From positions 7,904,001-7,968,000 of the forward strand of contig OZ240241.1 of assembly GCA_965198115.1 (NCBI GenBank): DNA of 64,000 bases, in the 5' to 3' direction. The position numbers and the translations under genes are program-made. Under the pieces are notes generated by a model, which was not told the DNA's origin, searched no databases, and saw only the letters and a program-made list of their open reading frames with translations. Source of the DNA: Candidatus Latescibacterota bacterium. GTDB lineage: Bacteria > Latescibacterota > UBA2968. This document shows positions 41,340 to 50,991 of the stretch, piece by piece. The stretch's first letter is position 1. Every line of letters begins with the position of its first letter.

Positions 41340-41433
41340 ACCCTGTACTCCCCAGTTGGGGAGGTTTCAGACGAGCACGTCCGGGAACCGATACGCTTCT
41401 TGCTTCTCACTGCTCCCTTCTCACTGCATAGCC

Positions 41434-43192
41434 GTGAACTTTCATTTTGACGAACTTTCAATCGCGCCCGTCACCGAAGAGGAGATGGACGAACTGCTAA
41501 GTGCATGGTTTCATAAACATTATTACGTATGTTCTGAACATTATTTGTAGCTTATGTTCTCCTTCAAAAGGAGGAGAACAATGCCAAGACGTTCGCCTTA
41601 TGTGGTGCTACTGTCTGAGAAGGAACGGGTCGACCTCGAGCGAATGGCTGGACAATATACGTTATCGTATTATCAAGTGATCCGATCGAAAATCGTGCTT
41701 CTCGCCGCCGAGGGATTATCCAACAAGATTATCGCCCAACGGTTGGATGTCCCGCGTCCGATCGTAAGCAAATGGCGTAAGCGCTTTTTCGAAGAGCGTC
41801 TTTCGGGACTCGAAGATAGATCTCGTCCCGGGCGCCCGCCCGGTTTTCCCCCCTCAGGTGGTCGTTCAGATCAAGGCGCTGGCGTGTGAACTACCGAGCG
41901 AGAGCGGGATACCGCTCTCGCGGTTCAGCTGTTCCGAGATTGCCGCCGAGGCAGTGCAAAGGGGCTTCGTTGCCAAGATCAGCGGCGCCACTGTCTGGCG
42001 CTGGTTGAACGAGGACGCGATTCGTCCTTGGTATCATCGCTCCTGGATTTTCCCACGGGACCCGGACTTCCAAACCAAAGCAGGTAGAGTCCTTGATCTG
42101 TATCACCGCCAATGGCAAGGAAAGCCTTTAGGGCCGAGGGAATATGTACTTTCTGCCGACGAAAAGACCAGTATTCAAGCACGAGCTCGCAAGCACGTTA
42201 CCCTACCGCCAGCCTCGAACAGAGCGGCACGCGTTGAACACGAATACGAGCGGAAAGGAGCCCTGGCCTATCTGGCTGCTCTCGACGTGCACAATGGTCG
42301 AATCTTCGGTCTCTGTGAGTCTTCTTCGGGTATCGAGCCCTTCAACCGGCTCCTGAGCCTGATCATGAGCCGGAAACCCTATTGCTCGGCAAAGAAAGTC
42401 TACCTCATCGTGGATAATGGCTCCTCGCACCGAGGGCAAACATGCATCGACCGTATCCAGGGGAAGTGGCCAAACATCCACCCCGTTCACCTTCCGATCC
42501 ACGCAAGCTGGCTCAATCAGATCGAGATCTACTTCTCGATCCTCAAACGCAAGGCTCTGACACCTATCGAATTTGCATCGCTCGAAGAGCTTGAGGCAAG
42601 AATCCTCGGTTTTCAGGAACGCTACGGACGTATCGCCACACCCTTCAAATGGAAGTTCACACGAACAGATCTCGCGGAGATGATCGACAAACTCAGGTTC
42701 TACGATACGCCCTTGGCAAAGTCTGCTTAGAATACGTCACCGTATTTGAGAACAGGAGTAATAAGGGTCTACGAGCAGTGTGAGGACTTTCTCGCTCTCG
42801 GACCCGTTCCCACGGCCTCGATCGAAATGATCCGCGACGACATCGACGAGGCCGTCGACCTGACCGGCGTCTTCTGTACCATTCGGAACAAACAGGATCC
42901 GGTTGGCGTACTCGCCTACATCCCACGGACGAAGGAACCCGGGATGAGCTATCTCATGCTGCTGATGATCGCCGCGCCCTGGCGGAACAGAGGCTACGGC
43001 TTAATCGCGACGTCAGCCTTGTGGGAGTATCTGAAGAACGATTTCGGAACAGTGCGGCTGAGGGGCGAGGTTCAGATCGATAACGAAGGGGCTATCCGGT
43101 TCTGGAAGGGATTCGGTTTTCACGTATCCACCGATCCGAGAAAACAGAAAGACGGCACCACTACCTACGCCATGTGCAAAGAGCACGATTAG
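41434..43192 (+). pseudogene. GNAT acetyltransferase interrupted by IS630
   Basis: VNFHFDELSIAPVTEEEMDELL|RVYEQCEDF is in frame once the IS is removed; RNRGYG, NEGAIRFW..FGF. Confidence 0.85.
41500..42761 (+). mobile_element. IS630-family element (ORFs 41581-41889 and 41858-42730, probable -1 frameshift)
   Basis: HTH ORF plus DDE ORF (SADEK, VDN, ASWLNQIE); slippery TTTTCCCCCC in the overlap; TA on both flanks. Confidence 0.92.
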
Positions 43193-43235
43193 GTTTTCAT
43201 CGGCTCTCTGACTTCCGACCTCCGACCTCTTCACC

Positions 43236-44450
43236 ATGTCTTCTGACTACAGAGTCCGTCATCTCGACTTCGACGAAGCCCGTGCTCAACTCGACCAGTT
43301 CGCGAGCGAGTTCGGGACGGCCGAAGAGTGGAGCGCACGAGCGGAACGCGTGCGACGCGGCATCCTGTGCGGGATGAAACTGGACCCACTGCCGGAGAAA
43401 TCGGACCTCGCCCCAATCATCCACAGCCGGAAGGAACTCGACGGTTACACCGTTGAGAATGTTGCTTTCGAGAGCTTCCCAGGTTTCTTCAGCACGGGCA
43501 ATCTCTACCGGCCGGCGAGCGAAGGCAGCCGCTATGCGGGCGTGCTCTGTCCGCACGGGCACTTCGCAAGCATCCCCGGCAGGCCGGGCGGCAGATTTCG
43601 CGACGACATGCAGCTTCGATGCGTTTCGCTCGCACGCATGGGTGCCGTCGTCTTTACGTATGACATGGTCGGGTGGGGCGATTCGGATCAACTGAAACAT
43701 TCCGCTCCCTACGTGCTGACGTTCCAGACCTGGAACAGCATTCGCGCTGTGGATTTCCTGACATCGCTTCACGAAGTAGACGAACAGCGCATCGGCGTGA
43801 CAGGCGCATCGGGCGGCGGCACGCAGTCCTTCCTTCTGACGGCCGTCGACGATCGCGTCAGCGTTTCGATCCCCGTCGTGATGGTCTCGGCCCATTTCTT
43901 CGGCGGATGCAACTGCGAGAGCGGCCTCCCCATCCACCACAGCGACAACCACACGACGAACAACGCCGACATCGCCGCCCTCGTAGCACCACGGCCCCAG
44001 CTCCTCATCTCCATCGTCGGGCGAACGGATCGCACGAAGACCGGAGCGCGCGAGGGTCCCAACGAACGAGGCCCAGCGCCTGCAAACGCGCGTCGCATGG
44101 ATCAGTCGTGCAATACGCCTGAAGTGGAGTTCCCATACCTGCAGCGGGTGTATGGCTTGCTCGGAGCTGAAGAAAACGTCGAAAATCTCCATCTGCCAAA
44201 GGAGAACCACGACTACGGACGTTCGAAACGCGAGGGGGCTTACGGGTTCTTCGCCAAACACCTGGGTCTGGATATGGAGGCGGTGCAGGGCGGTTCCGGA
44301 AACGTCGACGAGTCCCTCGTGAGCCTCCGGCCGGAAAGCGAACTCCGGGTATGGACGGCCGAGCACCCTCGCCCCGCGCACGCGTTGCAGGGCGCTGCCG
44401 CGGTTGAGGAGGCATTTTGGGGATTGGTGACGTTGACCGCCCGTGGGTGA
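43236..44450 (+). CDS. alpha/beta hydrolase (acetylxylan/glucuronoyl esterase-like)
   Basis: LCPHGH, GASGGG nucleophile elbow, GCNCE, APRPQL. Confidence 0.85.
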   Translation: MSSDYRVRHLDFDEARAQLDQFASEFGTAEEWSARAERVRRGILCGMKLDPLPEKSDLAPIIHSRKELDGYTVENVAFESFPGFFSTGNLYRPASEGSRYAGVLCPHGHFASIPGRPGGRFRDDMQLRCVSLARMGAVVFTYDMVGWGDSDQLKHSAPYVLTFQTWNSIRAVDFLTSLHEVDEQRIGVTGASGGGTQSFLLTAVDDRVSVSIPVVMVSAHFFGGCNCESGLPIHHSDNHTTNNADIAALVAPRPQLLISIVGRTDRTKTGAREGPNERGPAPANARRMDQSCNTPEVEFPYLQRVYGLLGAEENVENLHLPKENHDYGRSKREGAYGFFAKHLGLDMEAVQGGSGNVDESLVSLRPESELRVWTAEHPRPAHALQGAAAVEEAFWGLVTLTARG

Positions 44451-44462
44451 GTGGAGGCGTTG

Positions 44463-45350
44463 CTATGAGGACGAGCGGTTCTCTTCCCAGTTGAAAACCG
44501 GGTCGCTAACGCTGTAGGGCCAGCTGCTGCCACCATGATGATGGAAGTCTGCTTCGCGGCCGCATAACCACAGGAAAAGCTCGGCCACACGTGGCACGGA
44601 TTGCCATATGCGTGTCGCGGCGGAGAAGTAATCACTCTCGAACTTGTAGTCTGCCCGCGCCAGATCGAAACCTTCCTCCTGGATCCAGTCTCGCTGCGGC
44701 GGGACCGTCCGCCAACAATCCCACTTGAGCAGGTTACGCACATCTTCCGTCCGTTTTCGTGGTTGGCGGTGCCAGATCGAATAGGCGGTGAAGATCACGG
44801 AGCCGGCGGGCGATGTGGTCATAAGCTGTCCCGCAAGGTGACCGAAGTGCTCCAGCTCTTCACGCGCAATCGGCACCAGATGGGAACCGGGCAAGAACAG
44901 GGTGGGTCCCATCTCGGGTGTCGCATCCTGCGGAAAGTAGAAGATCTGCAGCATATTCAGGGTGCGTTCGAACCTGGAGCCGGCATCGATGTGCCACGGT
45001 CGCTCCGTTTTCGGTCCCTCCAACCGGTGGTTGGCCAGCCAGTCCGGTAACTGGAAACGTTCCCCCAGTAGGGAGCGGGTGACGCCGGCCACCTCCGGAT
45101 TGAGCAGCACCTCGCGGACGAAACGCTCCTCCGCCAGGAGGTCGTTTTGTGCGGCCGCACCTGGATCGTGCTCAACCTCCTTCTCCACGAATTCGAACAC
45201 CCATTCATTGGTCGAATCCGGAATGACCGCTTCCAGCTTCAGGATCCCTGTTTTACAGAACTCGAGAACCTCGCTGTCGTTCAGAGTCGGCTTGATTCCT
45301 TCGTCCGCCAACCGAGGGATCGATTTTTCCGGTCTCAGGAGTTGGCTCAC
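44463..45350 (-). CDS. phytanoyl-CoA dioxygenase (PhyH) family protein
   Basis: WHID, GPT..LPGSH, IWH. Confidence 0.85.
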   Translation of the reverse strand: MSQLLRPEKSIPRLADEGIKPTLNDSEVLEFCKTGILKLEAVIPDSTNEWVFEFVEKEVEHDPGAAAQNDLLAEERFVREVLLNPEVAGVTRSLLGERFQLPDWLANHRLEGPKTERPWHIDAGSRFERTLNMLQIFYFPQDATPEMGPTLFLPGSHLVPIAREELEHFGHLAGQLMTTSPAGSVIFTAYSIWHRQPRKRTEDVRNLLKWDCWRTVPPQRDWIQEEGFDLARADYKFESDYFSAATRIWQSVPRVAELFLWLCGREADFHHHGGSSWPYSVSDPVFNWEENRSSS

Positions 45351-45709
45351 GACACACCGAACCTTTCCAGGATGAATTCGCAGATCACGTGGTTGTCCTG
45401 CGAATGTGCCGCAGGCACGTCCGCGGGGAAACGTATCACGCGCCACCCGTCGGATACCGCCTCTGCGACAGTTTTGTAGGGCCAGCTCTCGTAATCGACC
45501 GGGCCGTCGTCGATTTTGCCGTCCCGCAGCATGGTCATTCCGATCACCTTGGATTCGAGGGAGGTTGTTGCGGTCTGCAGATAGAGCAGATCCTGAGTGC
45601 GGCTGGCTTGCTGCAGTCTGTCACCGATGGCGCGTAGCTGCGTCTCTGTCAAGGTTCCATTCCGGAACGCGGAAATACAGGTTTCCACCAGGTCGACGAC
45701 GTTTGCCAT
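45347..45709 (-). CDS. hypothetical protein translationally coupled to PhyH
   Basis: 4-nt overlap with the PhyH start; WPYKTVAEAVSDGWRVIRFP. Confidence 0.75.
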   Translation of the reverse strand: MANVVDLVETCISAFRNGTLTETQLRAIGDRLQQASRTQDLLYLQTATTSLESKVIGMTMLRDGKIDDGPVDYESWPYKTVAEAVSDGWRVIRFPADVPAAHSQDNHVICEFILERFGVS

Positions 45710-45916
45710 GTCCGGTCTGTGATTAGGAATCGGAGGTTCTGGATCTCAGCGGGTGCTGGTATGAGGTTGCCGATTTCGGTGTCGCGGAGTATACCGTTTG
45801 GTTCGTTTGCCGGCAAACCGCTTCGTCGATCGATCGGCCTGAACGCGAACCAGGCTACAGAAAAGTGGTGGACCCGGCTCTGGCATGCATCGGCGATGGA
45901 GTAGAGTCTCGAATCG

Positions 45917-46972
45917 TTATTCCAGCGCCTCCCTGTGCGGCAGCGGCACTTCGATCGTGCACATCAGCGACAGGACCACTACCAGCAGGGCGTACTGCAC
46001 GAGGGCTTTGCGGTCTTCTTCGTCGGGAGCCTCCTTGCTAAGGAGGCGCAGGAGCGCCGTGATCAACAGCAGCACCAAAAGCCCCTCGGCCGTGTAGAAC
46101 CACATCAGACCGACGACGCCCGCGGCCATCCACCGGTGTCTGGACGTCAGCGCGCGGAAAGCACGGCCGCCGTCGAGCGGGGGGATCGGCAGCAGATTGA
46201 AGAGGTTGATCCAGGCGCCTACGCGGGAGATGCCGGCCCAGCTGGCCCAGCCTGTCGACAGAAAGACCCCGTACGCTGCCAGCGCCGCGCCCAGGCCCCA
46301 GATGGGGCCGGCCAGTCCGATCCGGGCGTTCTCGATCGCGTTGGCCGGATGCTGCTTCATACGCACGAGCGCTCCCAGGCCCGGAATGAAGGTGGGTGCG
46401 GAAGCGCGTATGCCAAAGCGCCTGAGCGCGGCCACGTGTCCCATCTCGTGCACGTAGATGGACAGCACCAGGCCGAGGGCGAATCTCCATCCCCACAGAC
46501 TCCAGTAAAGTCCCATCGAAAGCATCATGGAAAAGAGCGTGCTTGCCTTGGTCAGGCCCAAGAGCAGCAGTTTGCCCTTGGTCAGGACAAAGCCGAGGAT
46601 GAACTTGAACTTCCACAGCATTAGCCCCGCGGTCCCCAGGCCGATGGCGCCGCGCAGCCAGGATGGGCGGGCTGATTTTTCGAGCGTTTCGTCCTGGCCG
46701 GAGTGGGTATCGGCCTCTCTACTGAGTGCGTCGACTTTGCCGGCGACTACGTCGTGCTGCCGCGTGTCCGCCGGTAGGAGTTCGAGGGCCCGGCGCCACG
46801 TGCTGAGCGCCCCGAGCAGGTCTCCCGTGTCCTTGGCTCGCCGGGCGCGCTCGGAGAGCTCCTTGAGGGTGTCGGCGTGCAGGAGTTGACGGCAGCCGGG
46901 ACAGCTCAGCAGACCCGGTGCTATCGTCGTGCCGCAGGCGGTGCAGACTGACGGTGGCTTCGTCTCAACCAT
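45917..46972 (-). CDS. site-2 protease (M50) with an N-terminal zinc ribbon
   Basis: HEMGH, LAGP, NLLPIPPLDGG; CxxC...CxxC. Confidence 0.9.
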   Translation of the reverse strand: MVETKPPSVCTACGTTIAPGLLSCPGCRQLLHADTLKELSERARRAKDTGDLLGALSTWRRALELLPADTRQHDVVAGKVDALSREADTHSGQDETLEKSARPSWLRGAIGLGTAGLMLWKFKFILGFVLTKGKLLLLGLTKASTLFSMMLSMGLYWSLWGWRFALGLVLSIYVHEMGHVAALRRFGIRASAPTFIPGLGALVRMKQHPANAIENARIGLAGPIWGLGAALAAYGVFLSTGWASWAGISRVGAWINLFNLLPIPPLDGGRAFRALTSRHRWMAAGVVGLMWFYTAEGLLVLLLITALLRLLSKEAPDEEDRKALVQYALLVVVLSLMCTIEVPLPHREALE

Positions 46973-47765
46973 CGGTGCCGGATTTCAGCGCGTAGGGCCC
47001 GCTGATCGTCACTTCGTTGCGCTTGTTGAGCTTCCAGGCCTCGTACAGACCGATCCCGATGATGATGAGACCCAAGATGTTGTCGAAGCTCATCAAGAAA
47101 GGTGCTGCGCAGGCTACCGCCATTATGATGATCACACCGACGACGAATCCGAGGAAACCAGTCAGCTCTTCCGTGTCTTCTCCGTCTCCGATACCCTCCT
47201 GTTCGGTTCCCGTCTGTTGCCGTTGCTCGGCGCCGACCTCGCCAGTCTCTTCGACGGTTCCATCGTCGCGCACGGAAGGAGCCTCGCTGGGGATCGGATC
47301 CAAGCCGGACAGCTCCTCGACGATGGAGGGAATGTAGGTGGCAACTATCGAGAAGTATGTTAGTGTCACCGCCAGTCCCTGATACACCCAGCCCCCGCGT
47401 CGGTGCGCTCCGGCACGCACCGCAGCACCCACCATCAACCCGATGATGATGGCCACCAATCCAAACTCGTAGCCCGTTACAGCGGCAATGGCGTAGTAGA
47501 CGCCCGTTCCCAGTCCAGCGGCCGGCAGGCCGTAGGCGGTCGCGCGCAAGAATCGCCCGGCCCCAGACCCGGCAGTCAGGTCATCGTCCAGCTGGTCCTT
47601 GCAGGCGGTGCACAACGCCATACCACCCGCTTCGTAGTACTGGTCTTCGATGCTGTTGCCGCAAGAATCACAGTTTGTCTCCTTCTGCTCCTCCGCATCG
47701 GTGGATTCGGCCCTGTCGAATTGTAAATCCTCCACGTCGCGCGAGGGGGTATCTCCATTTTCCAT
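46965..47765 (-). CDS. membrane protein with a CxxC-CxxC zinc site
   Basis: CDSC...CTAC and several TM segments; overlaps the M50 start. Confidence 0.75.
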   Translation of the reverse strand: MENGDTPSRDVEDLQFDRAESTDAEEQKETNCDSCGNSIEDQYYEAGGMALCTACKDQLDDDLTAGSGAGRFLRATAYGLPAAGLGTGVYYAIAAVTGYEFGLVAIIIGLMVGAAVRAGAHRRGGWVYQGLAVTLTYFSIVATYIPSIVEELSGLDPIPSEAPSVRDDGTVEETGEVGAEQRQQTGTEQEGIGDGEDTEELTGFLGFVVGVIIIMAVACAAPFLMSFDNILGLIIIGIGLYEAWKLNKRNEVTISGPYALKSGTDG

Positions 47766-47821
47766 TGTGTGGCTCCTTCCTCCCGTGCCGCTCGCCAGGC
47801 AGATCTATCGCCATAGCCGTG

Positions 47822-47931
47822 GCGATCGATGGTGATCTGCCCATCCTCTTCGAGCTTTCGCACGCACGATTCGTGGCTGTGCACCTTCGGTGTCCGAATC
47901 GAGACGCCCGAGCCTACATCCGTTCGGACAA
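47822..47931 (-). pseudogene. degenerate FliG C-terminal domain relic
   Basis: Across frames: LSERM*, SDTEGAQPRIV, VRKLEEDGQITIDR, similar to SDVEEVQLRVV..VRQLEEAGQVTIVR of fliG. Confidence 0.45.
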
Positions 47932-48216
47932 TCTCGACCTCGTGGATAGCAAGAATAATCGGGGTCCTCCTTGCGCACAAGGGAAGCGGGTCCGGGTCTG
48001 GTTAGCTCTGATGCGGTTGGAGGGGTTGGCAGTGGGTTTGCCTTGAGTCTTATGCGTCGATACCATTGTCGACGCGCGAAATATGTAGCAAGAGCCTGGA
48101 AACGAGCCCGGTTGGAAACACATCTTTCCAAGTGACCGGACATCTCCAGGCTACGCACAGTCCTCACGCCAGTCCGAATCGGACGGCAATCTCGTTGACG
48201 CAAAGAGGAGAACCCA

Positions 48217-49767
48217 ATGGCGGACCCCGACGCTGCCGTATCCACCAACACGAAGCTTTTCTGGGGCTCTTTCATCGCCCTGATCGCCACCGCTTTCGCG
48301 TTCATGTTGCGTGTGCAGCTCATGGGGACGTGGGAGCAGGAGTTTTCCCTGACCAAGACCCAGGCCGGCACCATCTTCGGCGCCGGGTTCTGGCCCTTCG
48401 GTGTGAGCATCGTGCTGTTTTCGATGGTGTTGGACCGCGTTGGCTATCGCAAAGCCATGGTCTTCGCCTTTGGTTGCCACGTTCTATTCGCGGTGATGAC
48501 CATCTTCGCCAACGGCTATTGGATGCTCTACTGGGGCAGCGTCATCGGCGCTCTCGCGGCTGGGACGGTGGAGGCGGTGATCAACCCTCTCATCGCCACC
48601 ATCTACAGGGAGAACAAGACCACCTGGCTGAACATCCTCCACGCAGGATGGCCCGGGGGATTGGTCGTCACGGGTGTCGTGGTGATCTTCATGTCGGGTA
48701 GCGTTCCGTGGGAGTATCAGATCGGCCTGATCCTGATTCCCACGGTGATCTATGGATTCATGATGCTGACCTCCCACTTTCCTGTCAGCGAGCGCGTGGC
48801 CGCGGGTGTTTCCTACAGAGAAATGCTGGCGGAGATGGGTTGGGGAGGCGCGTTCATCGTTGCACTGATGATCGCCATGGAGTTGACTGCCAATGTCCTG
48901 GGGATCGAGGCGCTGAAGAACATTTATGCCCAGGTCGTCATCGCCGGCGTGTTGGCAGGGGTCTTTGGCAGCTACGCACGTTCTTTCGGACAACCGATGT
49001 TCGTCTTCCTGCTTCTGGTGATGCTGCTCCTGGCCACCACCGAACTGGGTACCGACTCCTGGGTTAAGGACCTCTTGGGTCCCAGCATGAAAAGCGCCTT
49101 CAGCAGCATCGACGAACCGTCACGCTGGGTGCTTGTCTACACCGCCGCCATTATGATGGTGCTCCGATTCGTCTGTAGTCCGATCATCGAACGACTGAAG
49201 CCATTGGGCGTGCTGGCAGCCAGCTCTTTGACCGTGGCCGTGGGCATCTACTGGCTTGCCGAACTCGGCCTCGACCCCGGTGCCGGCGCCGTCATCATCA
49301 TCATCGCCTGTACGGTGTATGGCGTGGGTCAGACGTTCTTCTGGCCCACGACGCTTGGTCTGGTCTCCGAACGGTTCCCCAGGGGAGGCGCCATCACGCT
49401 CAACGTCATCGCTGGGGTGGGCATGCTCGGTGTGGGGGTCGTGGGGAATCCCTGGTTGGGAAACGTGCAGGACACAGAAGTGACATCGGCCTTGAAGGAA
49501 AAGGGCACCGAACTTCACGCGAAATTCGTAACCGAACCCAAACAGAGCCTATTTGGCGAATACGTGGCCGTCGATGTAGGCAAAAAGGCCAACGCCAACC
49601 CGGAAGAGCTGGAACAGATCAACGCGGCCGAGGTCGAAGGCAAGATGGCCGCACTGAAAGTCGTGGTGATTCTCCCGCTCTTGATGATGATTTCCTACCT
49701 CGGACTGATGGCATACTTCAGGAGCAAGGGAGGATACAAACCGATCGTGTTGCAGTCATCGGAGTGA
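48217..49767 (+). CDS. MFS transporter
   Basis: DRVGYRK, EAVINPL, HAGWPGG, TELGTDSW, FFWPT. Confidence 0.88.
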   Translation: MADPDAAVSTNTKLFWGSFIALIATAFAFMLRVQLMGTWEQEFSLTKTQAGTIFGAGFWPFGVSIVLFSMVLDRVGYRKAMVFAFGCHVLFAVMTIFANGYWMLYWGSVIGALAAGTVEAVINPLIATIYRENKTTWLNILHAGWPGGLVVTGVVVIFMSGSVPWEYQIGLILIPTVIYGFMMLTSHFPVSERVAAGVSYREMLAEMGWGGAFIVALMIAMELTANVLGIEALKNIYAQVVIAGVLAGVFGSYARSFGQPMFVFLLLVMLLLATTELGTDSWVKDLLGPSMKSAFSSIDEPSRWVLVYTAAIMMVLRFVCSPIIERLKPLGVLAASSLTVAVGIYWLAELGLDPGAGAVIIIIACTVYGVGQTFFWPTTLGLVSERFPRGGAITLNVIAGVGMLGVGVVGNPWLGNVQDTEVTSALKEKGTELHAKFVTEPKQSLFGEYVAVDVGKKANANPEELEQINAAEVEGKMAALKVVVILPLLMMISYLGLMAYFRSKGGYKPIVLQSSE

Positions 49768-49776
49768 CACGAGCAA

Positions 49777-50562
49777 GTGGCCGATCTCCTCTTCTCGGAC
49801 CCCGATCTCGCGGCGCTGTATGACGCGTTCTGCGAAGGCAGGCCTGATTTCGCCTTCTACCTCCCGCTGGTCATGTCAGCTGAGTCTGTGTTGGATGTCG
49901 GCTGTGGGACAGGTGCGCTCTTACGCATGGCTCGAGAGTCCGGGCACACGGGTCGGCTGTGTGGATTGGACCCAGCTGCCGGGATGCTCGAGCAGGCTCG
50001 CACTCGGGCGGACATTGACTGGATCCAGGACGATCTGACGTCGGTCACCTGGAATCGTGAGTTCGATCTGATCGTCATGACGGGTCACGCCTTTCAGGTG
50101 TTCCTCGATGACGAAGAACTGTGCGTCGCTTTGGTGGCGATCGGATCATCTCTGACCGACCTCGGTCGCTTCGTCTTTGAAACACGCAACCCGCTTGCTC
50201 GCGGCTGGGAAGAGTGGAAGCCTGATAACGCGGTCGAGATTGTGGACGAAACAGGCGATCGGGTTCGCATGACGCACGAAGTGATTGCGCAACAAGGCGA
50301 TCTTGTTTCCTTCACCGCCACATTCAGCAGTCCTGCCTGGGATGTGCCACGTGTTAGTCGAAGTACTCTCAGATTCCTGGGTGCAGACCCGCTGTCTCTC
50401 TTCCTGACCGACGCGGGCTTGACCATCGAGGAGCAATTTGGCGATTGGGACCGACAGCCTTTCACTGATTCCAGCCCCGAGATCATCACCGTCGCACGCT
50501 GCGGTGGAGAACGGCGAGCACCGGTTCTCGTCGGTAGACACAACGTAAGGGGAATCACTTGA
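49777..50562 (+). CDS. class I SAM-dependent methyltransferase
   Basis: VLDVGCGTG, GLDPAAGML. Confidence 0.9.
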   Translation: MADLLFSDPDLAALYDAFCEGRPDFAFYLPLVMSAESVLDVGCGTGALLRMARESGHTGRLCGLDPAAGMLEQARTRADIDWIQDDLTSVTWNREFDLIVMTGHAFQVFLDDEELCVALVAIGSSLTDLGRFVFETRNPLARGWEEWKPDNAVEIVDETGDRVRMTHEVIAQQGDLVSFTATFSSPAWDVPRVSRSTLRFLGADPLSLFLTDAGLTIEEQFGDWDRQPFTDSSPEIITVARCGGERRAPVLVGRHNVRGIT

Positions 50563-50969
50563 AAGTTTCAGGTTTGCGCAGATCGAGGGAAGTCTTTAAT
50601 GGCATCGTTTACGTCGGACGGATGTTCGACAAGATCCGGCTGGACGCTGCAGGGAAACTTCCCGATGGATACAACTTGGGGATCGGTTGGGACGACAGGT
50701 GCTGCGAATTCCTGGGTATAGACTACGAGCAGATAAGACAGCAGGTCTTGAAAGCCCAGAACGACGAAGAAGTCCTGCGATGGTGTTGCACCACCGGAGG
50801 CCCGACCGATCGTGAGATCGAGATGTGGAATGCGTTTGTCCTGAAACAGGGCTGGAAAGACGATTCAACCGAGAGGCTGGAAGAGGCGAAAGCCGATCTT
50901 GGATTCGGGGAGCGCTCCGACGTCGTGACGTGGGCTGACCTACACGATGCCGACGAGGAATGGATATAG
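50559..50969 (+). CDS. DUF5069 family protein
   Basis: GRMFDKIRL..AGKLP..Y, D..C.FLGIDY, DADE. Confidence 0.75.
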   Translation: MKVSGLRRSREVFNGIVYVGRMFDKIRLDAAGKLPDGYNLGIGWDDRCCEFLGIDYEQIRQQVLKAQNDEEVLRWCCTTGGPTDREIEMWNAFVLKQGWKDDSTERLEEAKADLGFGERSDVVTWADLHDADEEWI

Positions 50970-50991
50970 GTTCATCGATGAGGTATTAGGA

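Noticed and set aside
41845-41860. IS630 frameshift as a defect
   Set aside because: A two-ORF layout with a slippery site is normal for many IS630 elements.
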